Shown: one piece after another, positions 19,382 through 29,056 of the stretch
Layout of the letters: each line of letters starts with the position of its first letter
Numbering within the stretch: the first letter of the stretch is position 1
DNA from: an uncultured Lachnospiraceae bacterium
GTDB lineage: Bacteria > Bacillota > Clostridia > Lachnospirales > Lachnospiraceae
NCBI GenBank assembly: GCA_934292725.1
Contig: CAKQXY010000001.1
Coordinates: forward strand, 105,728-169,727
Length of the DNA stretch: 64,000 bases
Direction of reading: 5' to 3'
The notes under the pieces: model-generated
Database searches by the model: none
The model's input: only the letters and a program-made list of their open reading frames with translations
Told to the model about the DNA's origin: nothing
Translations under genes and position numbers: made by a program

Positions 19382-19514
19382 CTTTTTACCTTTCTTAGTT
19401 AAAATGGTTTATGAAATCGTTCAAAGTTTTACATGTAAAACTTTATTAAACATTCCTACTTGTTTTACATGTAAAACTTTTTTGTATTTTTTGCATTTTT
19501 TTTGAAAATATGTA

Positions 19515-19543
19515 TTGACAGATCAATGTTTTTAGGCTATGAT
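19515..19543 (+). promoter_or_regulatory. SigA-type promoter for rpsT: TTGACA, 17-bp spacer, TATGAT
   Basis: Consensus hexamers with a 17-bp spacer, read from the sequence; a ~90-nt leader follows. Confidence 0.6.
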
Positions 19544-19636
19544 ACCACTTGTGTTGAAACGGTGTTTTCGAGTGATACACAGTATCGTTTTCAAACTATA
19601 AAAAGATTAAAAAACAAGAAATTTTGGAGGTGCCCC

Positions 19637-19900
19637 ATGGCAAATATTAAGTCCGCAAAGAAGAGAGTTTTAGTTAGTCAGGCAAAGGCAGATAGAAACA
19701 AGTCTGCTCGTTCTAAGGTAAAGACCTACATCAAGAAGGTAGAGAGCGCTGTTGCTGCAGGTGATAAGGCTGCTGCTCAGGCTGCAGTTGTTGAGGCTGA
19801 GTCCGTAATGAGAAAGGCTGCATCCAAGGGTGTTTATCATGATAACACTGTATCCAGAAAGATCAGCCGTATGAACAAGGCTGTTAACGCTATGAACTAA
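19637..19900 (+). CDS. rpsT: 30S ribosomal protein S20. The ORF-track start at 19502 is too far upstream; the real start is the ATG at 19637, after a GGAGG RBS
   Basis: MANIKSAKKRVLVSQAKADRNKS... canonical S20 sequence. Confidence 0.95.
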   Translation: MANIKSAKKRVLVSQAKADRNKSARSKVKTYIKKVESAVAAGDKAAAQAAVVEAESVMRKAASKGVYHDNTVSRKISRMNKAVNAMN

Positions 19901-19920
19901 TTTGTGTCTTGTACACATAA

Positions 19921-19953
19921 AAAGCTGTCTGCTTCATGCAGGCAGCTTTTTTT
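19921..19953 (+). terminator. Rho-independent terminator after rpsT (aaagctgtctgc-ttcat-gcaggcagcttttttt)
   Basis: Stem-loop followed by T7, read from the sequence. Confidence 0.8.
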
Positions 19954-19958
19954 AATAG

Positions 19959-20948
19959 TCAGGCATGATACTCACGATTTGCAATTGATAATAAAACCAT
20001 CTCAACTGCAATACGCTCGTTCATATTTCCTCTTTTTACAGCTTCCTCAAGTTCAACACAGCGCTCAACGCAGCTTGTCAGCTGATCAATGGTGAATTGT
20101 CTTGCCTGGCCAAGCAATTTGTTAACTACAAATGGGCGAACCTTTAAAGCAGCTGCAATTTGATCCTTATTCTGGCGTCCGACTTCCATCTCCTTTACAC
20201 ATAAAAGCTGATTCATCTGACGTGCAATCAGAAATAAAATACGCATTCCTGGTTCTTTCAATGCTAATAGATCAGCATATAATTCAAGTGCAGACTGTGT
20301 CTTTCCCTCTGCTACGGCCTGTGTCATATCAAAGATTCTATTTTCAATCTGTTCCGTACAGACAAAATCAACATCTTCTTTTGTGATGCCTTCTTTTCCC
20401 ATACAAAAAGAAGCTAATTTTTCCATCTCATTTCTGATGTTTTCCATGTCATCACCTGTTTTTTCAAGAAATGAATCAAGTGCAGATTGTGTGATTTTTA
20501 ATCCGTAGCGACCAAATCCCTTTAAAATCCACTGTATACGCTGCTGCATTGAAGGATGCGTCATCTCTGCGCAATAGCCACATTCCTTTACAGTCTTATA
20601 CATTCTGCTTCGCTTATCTACTTCCTGTTCAACAAAAAGGACATGGCAGCTGTCTGGAATTGATTTAACAAGATTACTCCACTGCTCATCACTGCTTTTA
20701 AATAATCCTGTATCCTCCAGCAGCACCAAACGTCTGTCTGCAAAAAACGGCATTGTCATTACCGCATTTTCCACTTCCTGTACAGGCAGACCTTTCCCGG
20801 TATATTGATTCAAATTCATAGTATCATCGCCGATGATTGCTTTTTTTAACTGATTCTTATACATCTGAACCAGATATCGTTCCTCGCCATATAAAAGATA
20901 TACGCGCTCAAACTGATTGGCACGAATATCCTGCCTGAGTTTTTCCAT
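19959..20948 (-). CDS. holA: DNA polymerase III delta subunit. The start is assigned to MEKLRQ, which follows an AGGAG RBS
   Basis: Position relative to comEC/rpsT/gpr; clamp-loader delta N-terminal pattern (VYLLYGEE..L). Confidence 0.75.
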   Translation of the reverse strand: MEKLRQDIRANQFERVYLLYGEERYLVQMYKNQLKKAIIGDDTMNLNQYTGKGLPVQEVENAVMTMPFFADRRLVLLEDTGLFKSSDEQWSNLVKSIPDSCHVLFVEQEVDKRSRMYKTVKECGYCAEMTHPSMQQRIQWILKGFGRYGLKITQSALDSFLEKTGDDMENIRNEMEKLASFCMGKEGITKEDVDFVCTEQIENRIFDMTQAVAEGKTQSALELYADLLALKEPGMRILFLIARQMNQLLCVKEMEVGRQNKDQIAAALKVRPFVVNKLLGQARQFTIDQLTSCVERCVELEEAVKRGNMNERIAVEMVLLSIANREYHA

Positions 20949-20987
20949 AAAGACTCCTAATAATATTTTTGTATCGTTACAGTTCAC

Positions 20988-21168
20988 GGACAAGCCAATA
21001 TTTACAGCAAAGCCCGAAGGTGAATGGCTTTCACGAGGCGGACACTTGAAGCAGGTCTTTCAAAGTAATGTATAATAAGAAGTAACATAACAGGAACCTG
21101 CGGAATTTGGTCCGACGACGAAACCATTACACCGAAGGGCTTTCGTAACATGACGCGTGAACAGTATT
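20988..21168. repeat. Copy B of the ~170-bp conserved element (copy A is at 4446-4617). The core 21010-21142 is closed by AAGCCC...GGGCTT
   Basis: About 88% identical to copy A over about 170 bp and in the same orientation; lies in the holA / kinase divergent intergenic region. Confidence 0.6.
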
Positions 21169-21277
21169 ATTCTATCATTCTTTTTGCTGTCAATCAAGCA
21201 AATGGTGTTTACTTTACATCGGCAAGGAATTATAATCTTCTTGTAACAGTAAAGAAAAATGTAAGGAGATTTACCAA

Positions 21278-22234
21278 ATGCAATCATCAATGCAAAAAAT
21301 TTTATTGATCGGCAGTACATGTGTCGATGTAATCATTGAAATTGATCATCTTCCTAAAACAGCAGAGGATATTCAGCCAAAGCGCCAGACACTCGCACTT
21401 GGCGGCTGTGCCTATAACGCAGCTAATATTGTACGCCAGTCAGGTGTCCCGTATCTGTTTGTGGCACCTATTGGAACTGGTGTATATGGCGATTATATAA
21501 GAAAGTCGTTTCAGACACGTAAACTTCCTATTCATGTGAATGTAGATGCTGAAAATGGCTGCTGCTACTGTCTTGTCGATGCAAACGGAGAACGCACATT
21601 TTTATCGGTGCATGGTGCAGAATATACCTTTAATCATGAGTGGATGGAAAATATTGACATTTCACAGATTTCTATGATCTATGTATGCGGCCTTGAAATT
21701 GAGGAGCCAACAGGTGATGATCTAATTTCCTGGCTTGAACAGCACCGCGGTCCGCAGCTTTTCTTTGCGCCAGGTCCACGTATTCGTCAGATCGGTGAAA
21801 AGAAAATGAAGCGCCTATATAATCTAAATCCTATTCTTCATATAAACGATGAGGAAGCATTTGAGCTAAGCAGCTTAACAGTCTCTGATTTCAAATGTAA
21901 AGAAGATGAATTTAGCGCTGTATCTCTTTTAGAGGCTGCAAAGATTCTTCAAAATGCAACATCTAATACTGTAATTATCACAAAAGGTAAGGATGGCTCC
22001 TGCTGTCTGGAGACAGGAAAAGATAATTTAACAGAGGTTGCTGGCATAAAGACAACTGTTGCAGATACAATTGGTGCCGGAGACAGTCATATTGGTCAGA
22101 TCATGGCCAGCCGCGCAAATGGCTGCTCCTGGGCAGAGGCACTCTCACAGGCGAATAAGGTTTCTGCTCATGTTGTTGCTAAAAATGGTGCCGGACTGAC
22201 AGACAGCGAATATCAAGACTGTTTTGCCAGATAA
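21278..22234 (+). CDS. PfkB-family carbohydrate kinase (ribokinase-like)
   Basis: N-terminal GG/NT motif (ALGGCAYNAA) and C-terminal anion-hole motif (DTIGAGDSH). Confidence 0.75.
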   Translation: MQSSMQKILLIGSTCVDVIIEIDHLPKTAEDIQPKRQTLALGGCAYNAANIVRQSGVPYLFVAPIGTGVYGDYIRKSFQTRKLPIHVNVDAENGCCYCLVDANGERTFLSVHGAEYTFNHEWMENIDISQISMIYVCGLEIEEPTGDDLISWLEQHRGPQLFFAPGPRIRQIGEKKMKRLYNLNPILHINDEEAFELSSLTVSDFKCKEDEFSAVSLLEAAKILQNATSNTVIITKGKDGSCCLETGKDNLTEVAGIKTTVADTIGAGDSHIGQIMASRANGCSWAEALSQANKVSAHVVAKNGAGLTDSEYQDCFAR

Positions 22235-24654
22235 GTTTCTACTTCCACACGATAACCGTCAGTTTGTATTATGATTGCACCGCAGTCTTTTGTAATCAAA
22301 ACTGACGGTATTTTTGCCTCTTCTAAGCGTTTTAAAAGCTGTTTTCCAGGATGACCATACCTATTATTTTCACTGCAGGAAATCACGGCAAGCTGCGGTG
22401 TTGTCTGCTGCAAAAATGATTTAGTTGTTGAATAATCAGAGCCGTGATGTGCGACTTTTAAGACTGTTACCGGCTTTAAGCTGACAAGATCATCCTCGCA
22501 GTCACCTGGAAGATCTCCTGTAAAAAGCATAGAAAAATCACGATAATTAAGTCGCCACACTAGTGACGATTCATTTGAGTCATCTGATTTTTCATTTTTT
22601 GACGGCCACAGCACTTCAAAAGACAAATCTGGCAGCGTTTTTAATGAAAAAACAGCTCCTTTTGAAATCCACTTAACGGGAATCTGCTTCTTTTTTGCTG
22701 CTGTTAACAGCTGTTCAAACTGCTTTTCTGCTGACTGGCTCTGCGGCAGCATAAGCGTTCCTATCCGATCTGCGTCATTTTCAATCAATCCTATGATTCC
22801 ACTAATATGATCACTGTCTGCATGCGATACAAAGACATAGTCAATCCGGCGAATGCCTTTTGAGTTTAAAAAAGGTTCTAATACATACGTATCAAGCATA
22901 GATTTGCTTGTGCTTCCGCCATCCGAAAGAATTGTCGTATGATCTGGCAGCATTAAAAAAATACCATCTCCCTGACCTACATCAAGTACAGTGATTTCCA
23001 ATTTGTTTGTATGATCTGCATGTAAAAAAACGCAGCCAAATATATAGCAGCCTAGGGAAAGAAAAACAGCAGCGAGCTGACAGCGTCGTCTGTCTTTTTT
23101 TCGCTTTTCTTTATCATCATCTGTCTGTTCTCTTTTTCGTTTCTCATAAAAAAGCCTAGTTCCCATGCCTGTTACGAATAACAGTGTAACATATAATACA
23201 ATTCGCCATACAGCTGGTCTTCCAGTATACTGTGCTGATTCCGGAAGGCTTTTTGAAAGTTTGCAAAGCACAGTGTAAAAATAAATGACAAGATGGCCTG
23301 CTTTTAAGCATACAGTGCCAAAAGCCGGTGCAAATAAAGAAAGTACAAGTGCCACGGCCGGTGATACAAGCAATATTCCAGCAAGCGGTATGACAAGCTG
23401 ATTTAATAAAATTGCATAAAGAGGATATTGGAAGTAATGATATAACAGCACAGGAAGCATTGCAATAGAAAGTCCCATAACACTGCAGAAGCGATTGATC
23501 CTTATAGTTATTTTGTCAGAAGAAGGCATTAAAATTTTTTTAAATATATCTCCAACAAGGCTTATTCCAAGTACTGCGCCAAATGACAGCTGCATAGAAG
23601 CCTGAAAAATAGCAAGCGGCTGAAAAATAAGAAGGCAGAGGGCTGCTGCTGCCGCTGCCGTAGGCATATCATAAATGCGGCCTTTTTGACGCCCGATCAT
23701 TAAAATAAGATACATAACACAAGCACGAATCGTCGAAACTGCATTTCCAGTAAAGGCAGAATAAAAAAGAACAATAATGCTTCCAGCCATACCAGAAATG
23801 GCAAATGATCCTGTCAATTTCATAAGCAAACCGCATGCAGCTAGTCCAACTACTGATATATGAAGTCCTGATACAGAAAGAATATGAGCTATTCCCTGAT
23901 CTTTAAAAAGTTCTTTCTGTTCTTTGTCTAATTCACTTTTGTCGCCCAAAAGCACGGCACAGTAAATGCCATAATCAGCAGTATTGCCTTCTAAAAGCCG
24001 TGAGAGTCTCATCTTTATGGCGTCTTTTAACTGCCACAGACACTCCGCAATTGGATCATATCGGCTTTCTTTTTGTGTCCACGTCTCACCACTCAGGCAA
24101 AAATCATATCCTAAGCTGTGATAATAGCTTCTTGAATCAAATTCGCCTGGATTTGAAGCCTGTGAAAATAATGATAATTTTCCAGAAACAGCAATTTTAC
24201 TTCCGGCAAGCGGACGCTTTTGATTGGAATGAGTTGATATAGGCACTTGCACAATAACACCCTCCCCTGCTGCCTTTTTATTAATAGAGGCATTTTTTAA
24301 GTAAATCCAAAGCTTCGATTTTTCCTCTACCTTTGTCACGCTACCTTCGACAAGCACATCATCCAATGTATTTTCTTTTGAGTACTGCATTGATAAAAGT
24401 GTATCATAAATATGACTATGCGCATTTGCGCTAAAGCAGCAGACTGCCCCCGTAAAAAAAGAAAAAGCGCAGATACACAAAAAGAAAGGCATTTTTTTAA
24501 AAAAGACATTTTTGCATACAATTTGTATCAGCATAAAAATAAGCGCCAGCATCAAAATGCCGGCGCTTAAAATGATTGCTATTTTCAAGCTCTTTATACA
24601 AAGAAGTTCTCCTGCAAGAAAAAAACATATAAGAACAAGGAATGGTCGTTTCAA
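22213..24654 (-). CDS. comEC: DNA-internalisation competence protein ComEC/Rec2
   Basis: Polytopic membrane competence domain followed by a C-terminal metallo-beta-lactamase domain (HADSDHISG); conserved position next to holA. Confidence 0.85.
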   Translation of the reverse strand: MKRPFLVLICFFLAGELLCIKSLKIAIILSAGILMLALIFMLIQIVCKNVFFKKMPFFLCICAFSFFTGAVCCFSANAHSHIYDTLLSMQYSKENTLDDVLVEGSVTKVEEKSKLWIYLKNASINKKAAGEGVIVQVPISTHSNQKRPLAGSKIAVSGKLSLFSQASNPGEFDSRSYYHSLGYDFCLSGETWTQKESRYDPIAECLWQLKDAIKMRLSRLLEGNTADYGIYCAVLLGDKSELDKEQKELFKDQGIAHILSVSGLHISVVGLAACGLLMKLTGSFAISGMAGSIIVLFYSAFTGNAVSTIRACVMYLILMIGRQKGRIYDMPTAAAAAALCLLIFQPLAIFQASMQLSFGAVLGISLVGDIFKKILMPSSDKITIRINRFCSVMGLSIAMLPVLLYHYFQYPLYAILLNQLVIPLAGILLVSPAVALVLSLFAPAFGTVCLKAGHLVIYFYTVLCKLSKSLPESAQYTGRPAVWRIVLYVTLLFVTGMGTRLFYEKRKREQTDDDKEKRKKDRRRCQLAAVFLSLGCYIFGCVFLHADHTNKLEITVLDVGQGDGIFLMLPDHTTILSDGGSTSKSMLDTYVLEPFLNSKGIRRIDYVFVSHADSDHISGIIGLIENDADRIGTLMLPQSQSAEKQFEQLLTAAKKKQIPVKWISKGAVFSLKTLPDLSFEVLWPSKNEKSDDSNESSLVWRLNYRDFSMLFTGDLPGDCEDDLVSLKPVTVLKVAHHGSDYSTTKSFLQQTTPQLAVISCSENNRYGHPGKQLLKRLEEAKIPSVLITKDCGAIIIQTDGYRVEVETYLAKQS

Positions 24655-25568
24655 TAGTTTAAATTCCTTTCTAGTGGACTGCTCAGTGATATATCGCGAA
24701 ATACGATATTGCTGTCGCCATCCACCATGATCTGAACACGCTGGACATCTGGCAGTTCCGTCAATGAATTTACAATCGAATATACAATCAAATTACCATC
24801 AATAGAAAGCGCATCCGTCAGAAATGACGAATCGAAATTGACGTAACAGATTTTGTCTTTAACGCTTATACTGATCACCTGCAGATTAGCAGGCAGAGTT
24901 GGATAATATTCTTCTCCAAAAGGTCCCTGAATCAGACGGTTGATTACATCCTTTTCAATAGAATAGGAACTCTCATATACGACATTTTGAGTCTTTTTTA
25001 CAAGAGCATCCCCTTTTTCATTTGCATAGTATAAAGTAAGTGTTGTCTTTTTCTGACTGCTCAGTCCGTTTCCTATAATATCCACATAATCGGAAGCTGT
25101 CTGAGCACCAAGAGGTGCAAAGGAGCTGTTTGTCAGTGGCTTTTCGTCTACAAAAAATGTTACCGATTCCACACCTTCAACCTGGCAGAAAGTTCGCACT
25201 ATGCCTGCCCTAAATAACAGCTCTGACACAGTATCCATATTTTGATAGGAGCTGTCAAAATAAAGCTCCAGGCTACTGTTTTCTACTGAAAAACGCACAA
25301 GCTTTAAATCAGACGGAACAAGACTTATACGCTCTTTTTCAGAATCGCTTTTAATCAGCTTTGCCCACAGTTCATTTATGACTGTTTCCTGATCTGTACC
25401 TGTCGGTTTATAATAATAGGAACTAATGCCGTTTTCTGATAAAGCTCTGTAATAAATACGTATTCCATCTGTTGTTACAGTTTTTTTATCGCATCCAGCT
25501 GCCATACATAAAAGCAAAAGAAAAAGCACCAGATTTAATTTTTTCTTCATATTCTGTTTCCTTTCCAT
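24651..25568 (-). CDS. Lipoprotein, possibly GerMN-domain-containing, translationally coupled to comEC (ATGA overlap)
   Basis: Lipobox LLLCMAAGC; beta-rich periplasmic body. The GerMN assignment is tentative. Confidence 0.45.
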   Translation of the reverse strand: MERKQNMKKKLNLVLFLLLLCMAAGCDKKTVTTDGIRIYYRALSENGISSYYYKPTGTDQETVINELWAKLIKSDSEKERISLVPSDLKLVRFSVENSSLELYFDSSYQNMDTVSELLFRAGIVRTFCQVEGVESVTFFVDEKPLTNSSFAPLGAQTASDYVDIIGNGLSSQKKTTLTLYYANEKGDALVKKTQNVVYESSYSIEKDVINRLIQGPFGEEYYPTLPANLQVISISVKDKICYVNFDSSFLTDALSIDGNLIVYSIVNSLTELPDVQRVQIMVDGDSNIVFRDISLSSPLERNLNY

Positions 25569-25577
25569 TTACTCAAT

Positions 25578-27023
25578 TTACTCAATATATTTAAGCGGTA
25601 TTCGAACAAGAAAAGTTGTTCCCTCTCCTGGCGTACTATTTAGCTTAATACCACCATGATGCAGCTGCAATACATTTTTTGTGATGGCAAGACCAAGACC
25701 TGTTCCGCCTGTCTCACGTGAACGCGCCTTGTCTACGCGATAAAAACGCTCATAAATTCTTGCCTGTGCATCCTTTGGAATGCCAACACCTGAATCAGAT
25801 ACCTTAATATAAAAATATTTATGATCAGCATTCACAGATACTCGTACCCATCCGCCGTCATTGTTGTACTTTACACCATTCTCCACAAGATTTGTTACAG
25901 CAAGACTAAGCTTTGTCTCATCGACCTCTGCCGTTACAGGACGAAAGCTTTCGAAAATGATTTCAATTGAACGTGTCTTTGCGATTGGACGCACACGCTT
26001 TAAAATCTGTTCGACAAGATTATTAATATTAACCGAGCTGATATTAAGCTCAGTTGCATTTTTATCCATACGAACAAGTGTAAGCAAATCATTGATGATT
26101 TTTGTCTCTCTGTCAATCTCATCTGAAATATCCTGCATAAACTCGCGATAAATATCAACAGGCACATTGTCACCTGAAATCAACGAATCAGCTAACACAC
26201 GCATTGATGTTATAGGCGTTTTTAATTCATGAGAGACATTAGAAACAAATTCTTGTCGCGACTGGTCAATTGCACGCAGGCGCTCCAATACCTGATTAAA
26301 TGTATTAATGATCTCTTTCGTTTCATTATAGCCGCCTTCTGTCGAAAATGTAACATCGAGATTTCCATCAAGCACCTGATTAAGTGTTGTGACAAGATTT
26401 TTCCATGGTGTTGAGCTAGTCCAAGCAAAAATAAAGCTAAGTGCGAACAAAATCATAGAGCCTGTGATTTCAATTAAAAGGACCTGCCGATTCATGGAAT
26501 TTATCATTTTGGCAATCCAAGCACCAGACGCACTAAGAAGTAGCACTCCTGTAATACTATCATCACCATCTGTGAGCATAGTTCTTGTCCGAAGCGGCAC
26601 GGCCAGCTCCAGATACTCTGTTTTTTGTGAATAATGTTCATACGGACGACTGCTGAATGTATCAATGATCTGCTCAGAAATGCAGTATTTATTTTGCGTT
26701 ACACCGTATGTATCAAATAAAATACGGTAAGAGCTGTCTACAAGAAGGAGACGTCCACCGCAGTATTCCGCAAGGAAATTTAATTCCTGTGTCATCTCAT
26801 CATCTACTACTTCCGCCAGAGAATTTCCGCTCATTTGTCCTGCTACAGTCTGACATGTATAACGCAGCTCCGAAAGCTTCTGATCAATAATAGAACTTCG
26901 ATAGGAACGCTTAATCATCTCAGAGCCTGCAAGAAGCGGAAGCAGTCCCATAATCATGAGAAGAAAAAATATACGAAAGCGAAAGCTTCCCCAGAAAAAA
27001 TTATGATCCCGTTTTGCTATCAT
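25578..27023 (-). CDS. Two-component sensor histidine kinase (TM helices, HAMP, HisKA, HATPase_c)
   Basis: H-box SHELKTP; N, G1 and G2 boxes (NLVENGVKY, DSGVGI, GGTGLGL). Confidence 0.85.
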   Translation of the reverse strand: MIAKRDHNFFWGSFRFRIFFLLMIMGLLPLLAGSEMIKRSYRSSIIDQKLSELRYTCQTVAGQMSGNSLAEVVDDEMTQELNFLAEYCGGRLLLVDSSYRILFDTYGVTQNKYCISEQIIDTFSSRPYEHYSQKTEYLELAVPLRTRTMLTDGDDSITGVLLLSASGAWIAKMINSMNRQVLLIEITGSMILFALSFIFAWTSSTPWKNLVTTLNQVLDGNLDVTFSTEGGYNETKEIINTFNQVLERLRAIDQSRQEFVSNVSHELKTPITSMRVLADSLISGDNVPVDIYREFMQDISDEIDRETKIINDLLTLVRMDKNATELNISSVNINNLVEQILKRVRPIAKTRSIEIIFESFRPVTAEVDETKLSLAVTNLVENGVKYNNDGGWVRVSVNADHKYFYIKVSDSGVGIPKDAQARIYERFYRVDKARSRETGGTGLGLAITKNVLQLHHGGIKLNSTPGEGTTFLVRIPLKYIE

Positions 27024-27718
27024 GCCTTATAGTAATATCCCACTCCCCATTTTGTAAATACATATTTCGGTTCACTTGGATTACGCTCAATCTTCTCACG
27101 CAGCCTTCTGATATGTACATCAACAGTACGCACATCACCAGGATATTCATATCCCCAAACAAGGTTTAACAGTTCTTCACGACTATAGACCTTATTTGGA
27201 TTAAGTACTAAAATTTTAAGAAGATCAAATTCTCTTGAAGTTACATTAATCTCACTGCCTAAAATAAACAGACGGCGGCCCTGAACATCAAGACGCAGAT
27301 CACCAGTGACAATATCCGTACTATTTACCGGTGGCTGCGGCGGATGAATCATAGTATTGCTGCTTCTTCGCATAATGGCTTTGATTCGTGCTTTAACTTC
27401 AAGAATATTAAATGGCTTTGTAACATAATCATCGGCACCATATTCAAGACCGAGGATCTTATCCATATCGTCTCCCTTTGCTGTCAGCATAATAATAGGC
27501 ATATTGGAAAACTCACGGATTGCCTGACATACCTGAAAACCATCAAGCTTTGGCAGCATTACGTCAAGAAGAACCACATCATATTCTGTGTTTCTTGCCA
27601 TCTCGACTGCCTGCTCTCCGTCATAGGCGCAGTCTACTTCCATCTGATCCTGAAGCAGACTGAACCGGATGCCCTTTACTATAATCTTTTCATCGTCTAC
27701 CACTAATATCTTTGCCAC
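27020..27718 (-). CDS. OmpR-family response regulator
   Basis: Receiver domain (VVDDE...D...LLDVMLP...K) followed by a winged-helix trans_reg_C domain. Confidence 0.9.
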   Translation of the reverse strand: MAKILVVDDEKIIVKGIRFSLLQDQMEVDCAYDGEQAVEMARNTEYDVVLLDVMLPKLDGFQVCQAIREFSNMPIIMLTAKGDDMDKILGLEYGADDYVTKPFNILEVKARIKAIMRRSSNTMIHPPQPPVNSTDIVTGDLRLDVQGRRLFILGSEINVTSREFDLLKILVLNPNKVYSREELLNLVWGYEYPGDVRTVDVHIRRLREKIERNPSEPKYVFTKWGVGYYYKA

Positions 27719-27745
27719 CTTCGAGCCACTCCTGTTCTGTCTTAC

Positions 27746-28444
27746 CTAAAAAACTGTAATCATGCCCTTGATTTTCTCAAAGGCTGCTTCTTTTATCCCC
27801 GGTACATTTTTAATTTCCTCAATAGAAGAAAACGGACCATTACTGTTTCGATATGTCACAATTGCCGCAGCTTTAACCTGACCAATACCAGGAAGCTGCA
27901 TCAGATCTGATTCAGATGCCTGGTTTATATTAAGTAAGCCATCTGATAATGCAGAAGAAACTGCTGCAGAAGATATGACATTTTGTGTCTCATTTTCAAT
28001 CTGGTCGATTGATTCTGAAATATTTGGAATATAAATCTGTTCCGAATCTACAAGAATCCGGGCGAGATTTACTGCCTCTGCCCGAGCGTTTGCAGTCAGG
28101 CCGCCTGCTTCTTCTACTGCCTGATAAAGACGTGATCCTGCCTGCAGTACATAGACACCAGGATTACAAACTTCGCCGCACAGATAAACAGCAATCGTCT
28201 CGACTGCTGCTTGTGTTGTTTCATGTAAACTGGATTCAGGCAAATGCCCTGTCTGTGCTTCTTCCTGCGAAAATTGTGTATCCTCTTTGGAATCGTCCAT
28301 CTTTTGTATCTGTGTTGTCTGATAAAAGACAAGCTTTTCTTCTTTTTTTGTGCATGCCAAGATTGCAGACACAAAAAACAGAAAAAGAAAAAACAGCATC
28401 CACTGATGTGTCTTTTTCATCCTATCCCGCCTTTCGGCAGGCAT
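27746..28444 (-). CDS. comEA: Competence protein ComEA (membrane-anchored HhH DNA-binding protein). An alternative start lies at 28420
   Basis: N-terminal TM helix plus tandem C-terminal helix-hairpin-helix motifs (LPGIGQVKAAAIVTYR, IKNVPGIKEAAFEKIK). Confidence 0.8.
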   Translation of the reverse strand: MPAERRDRMKKTHQWMLFFLFLFFVSAILACTKKEEKLVFYQTTQIQKMDDSKEDTQFSQEEAQTGHLPESSLHETTQAAVETIAVYLCGEVCNPGVYVLQAGSRLYQAVEEAGGLTANARAEAVNLARILVDSEQIYIPNISESIDQIENETQNVISSAAVSSALSDGLLNINQASESDLMQLPGIGQVKAAAIVTYRNSNGPFSSIEEIKNVPGIKEAAFEKIKGMITVF

Positions 28445-28534
28445 ACTGCTGCACCGATACTATCATTCTACAAAAATATGCGTCAGTATGCAAGGGGCTT
28501 TTGCAATTTTCTGAAAAACTTTCGCTGTTACTGT

Positions 28535-28972
28535 TCAAGCTTTCTCCCATCGAAAAAGAACGATCCCCGCAATTGCTATCAAAAGTCCAAGGATTTTTCT
28601 CCATGAAAATGATGCCTGACTGCTGCCAAATAAGCCAAACAGCTCTATTAGATATGCAACTGCCACCTGCGAAGTTACAATAATAATGACTGCCTGAGCT
28701 GGTCCTAGTGATCCCATGCTCTGAACAACTGTTATTGTGATAAAGGCTCCTAAAATACCGCCGGTAAGAAGATACCACGGGCGAACTTCTGCAAGAAGTG
28801 CCACATTTTCACGTCCTGTACAAAGCCAAGCAATAACGCACACGAAAAATGCTGTTAACTGGACAAAGCCTGTGGATACCCACAGGCTTGTTTGCTTTGT
28901 CACTTCTGTATTAAATACTCCCTGAATACTCATCAGTGCCCCTGAAATAAGAGCAAGAATGATACCCCACAT
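28535..28972 (-). CDS. Small DMT/EamA-like membrane protein
   Basis: 145 aa with 4-5 predicted TM helices. Confidence 0.45.
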   Translation of the reverse strand: MWGIILALISGALMSIQGVFNTEVTKQTSLWVSTGFVQLTAFFVCVIAWLCTGRENVALLAEVRPWYLLTGGILGAFITITVVQSMGSLGPAQAVIIIVTSQVAVAYLIELFGLFGSSQASFSWRKILGLLIAIAGIVLFRWEKA

Positions 28973-29056
28973 AATACCTCACTTTCCATCGGATACACTT
29001 TCCAATTGATTTTGCTGCTTAATAAGAGTGTATCCGTGAAAGGGAAAATCATGCAT

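Noticed and set aside
19502-19900. ORF-track start for rpsT at 19502 (132 aa)
   Set aside because: S20 homology begins at MANIKSAKK (the ATG at 19637), which has a GGAGG RBS. The upstream extension covers the promoter and leader.
4446-21168. The two ~170-bp repeats as attL and attR of an integrated element mobilised by the adjacent tyrosine recombinase
   Set aside because: The 16.5 kb between them consists of core housekeeping genes (lexA, obg, rplU/rpmA, rng, pepT, gpr, rpsT, holA) in conserved synteny. That interior does not look like a mobile element.
28422-28972. ORF 28422..28778 (minus, 118 aa) overlapping comEA's start and the DMT-like gene
   Set aside because: It overlaps two better-supported genes in a different frame and is probably spurious.
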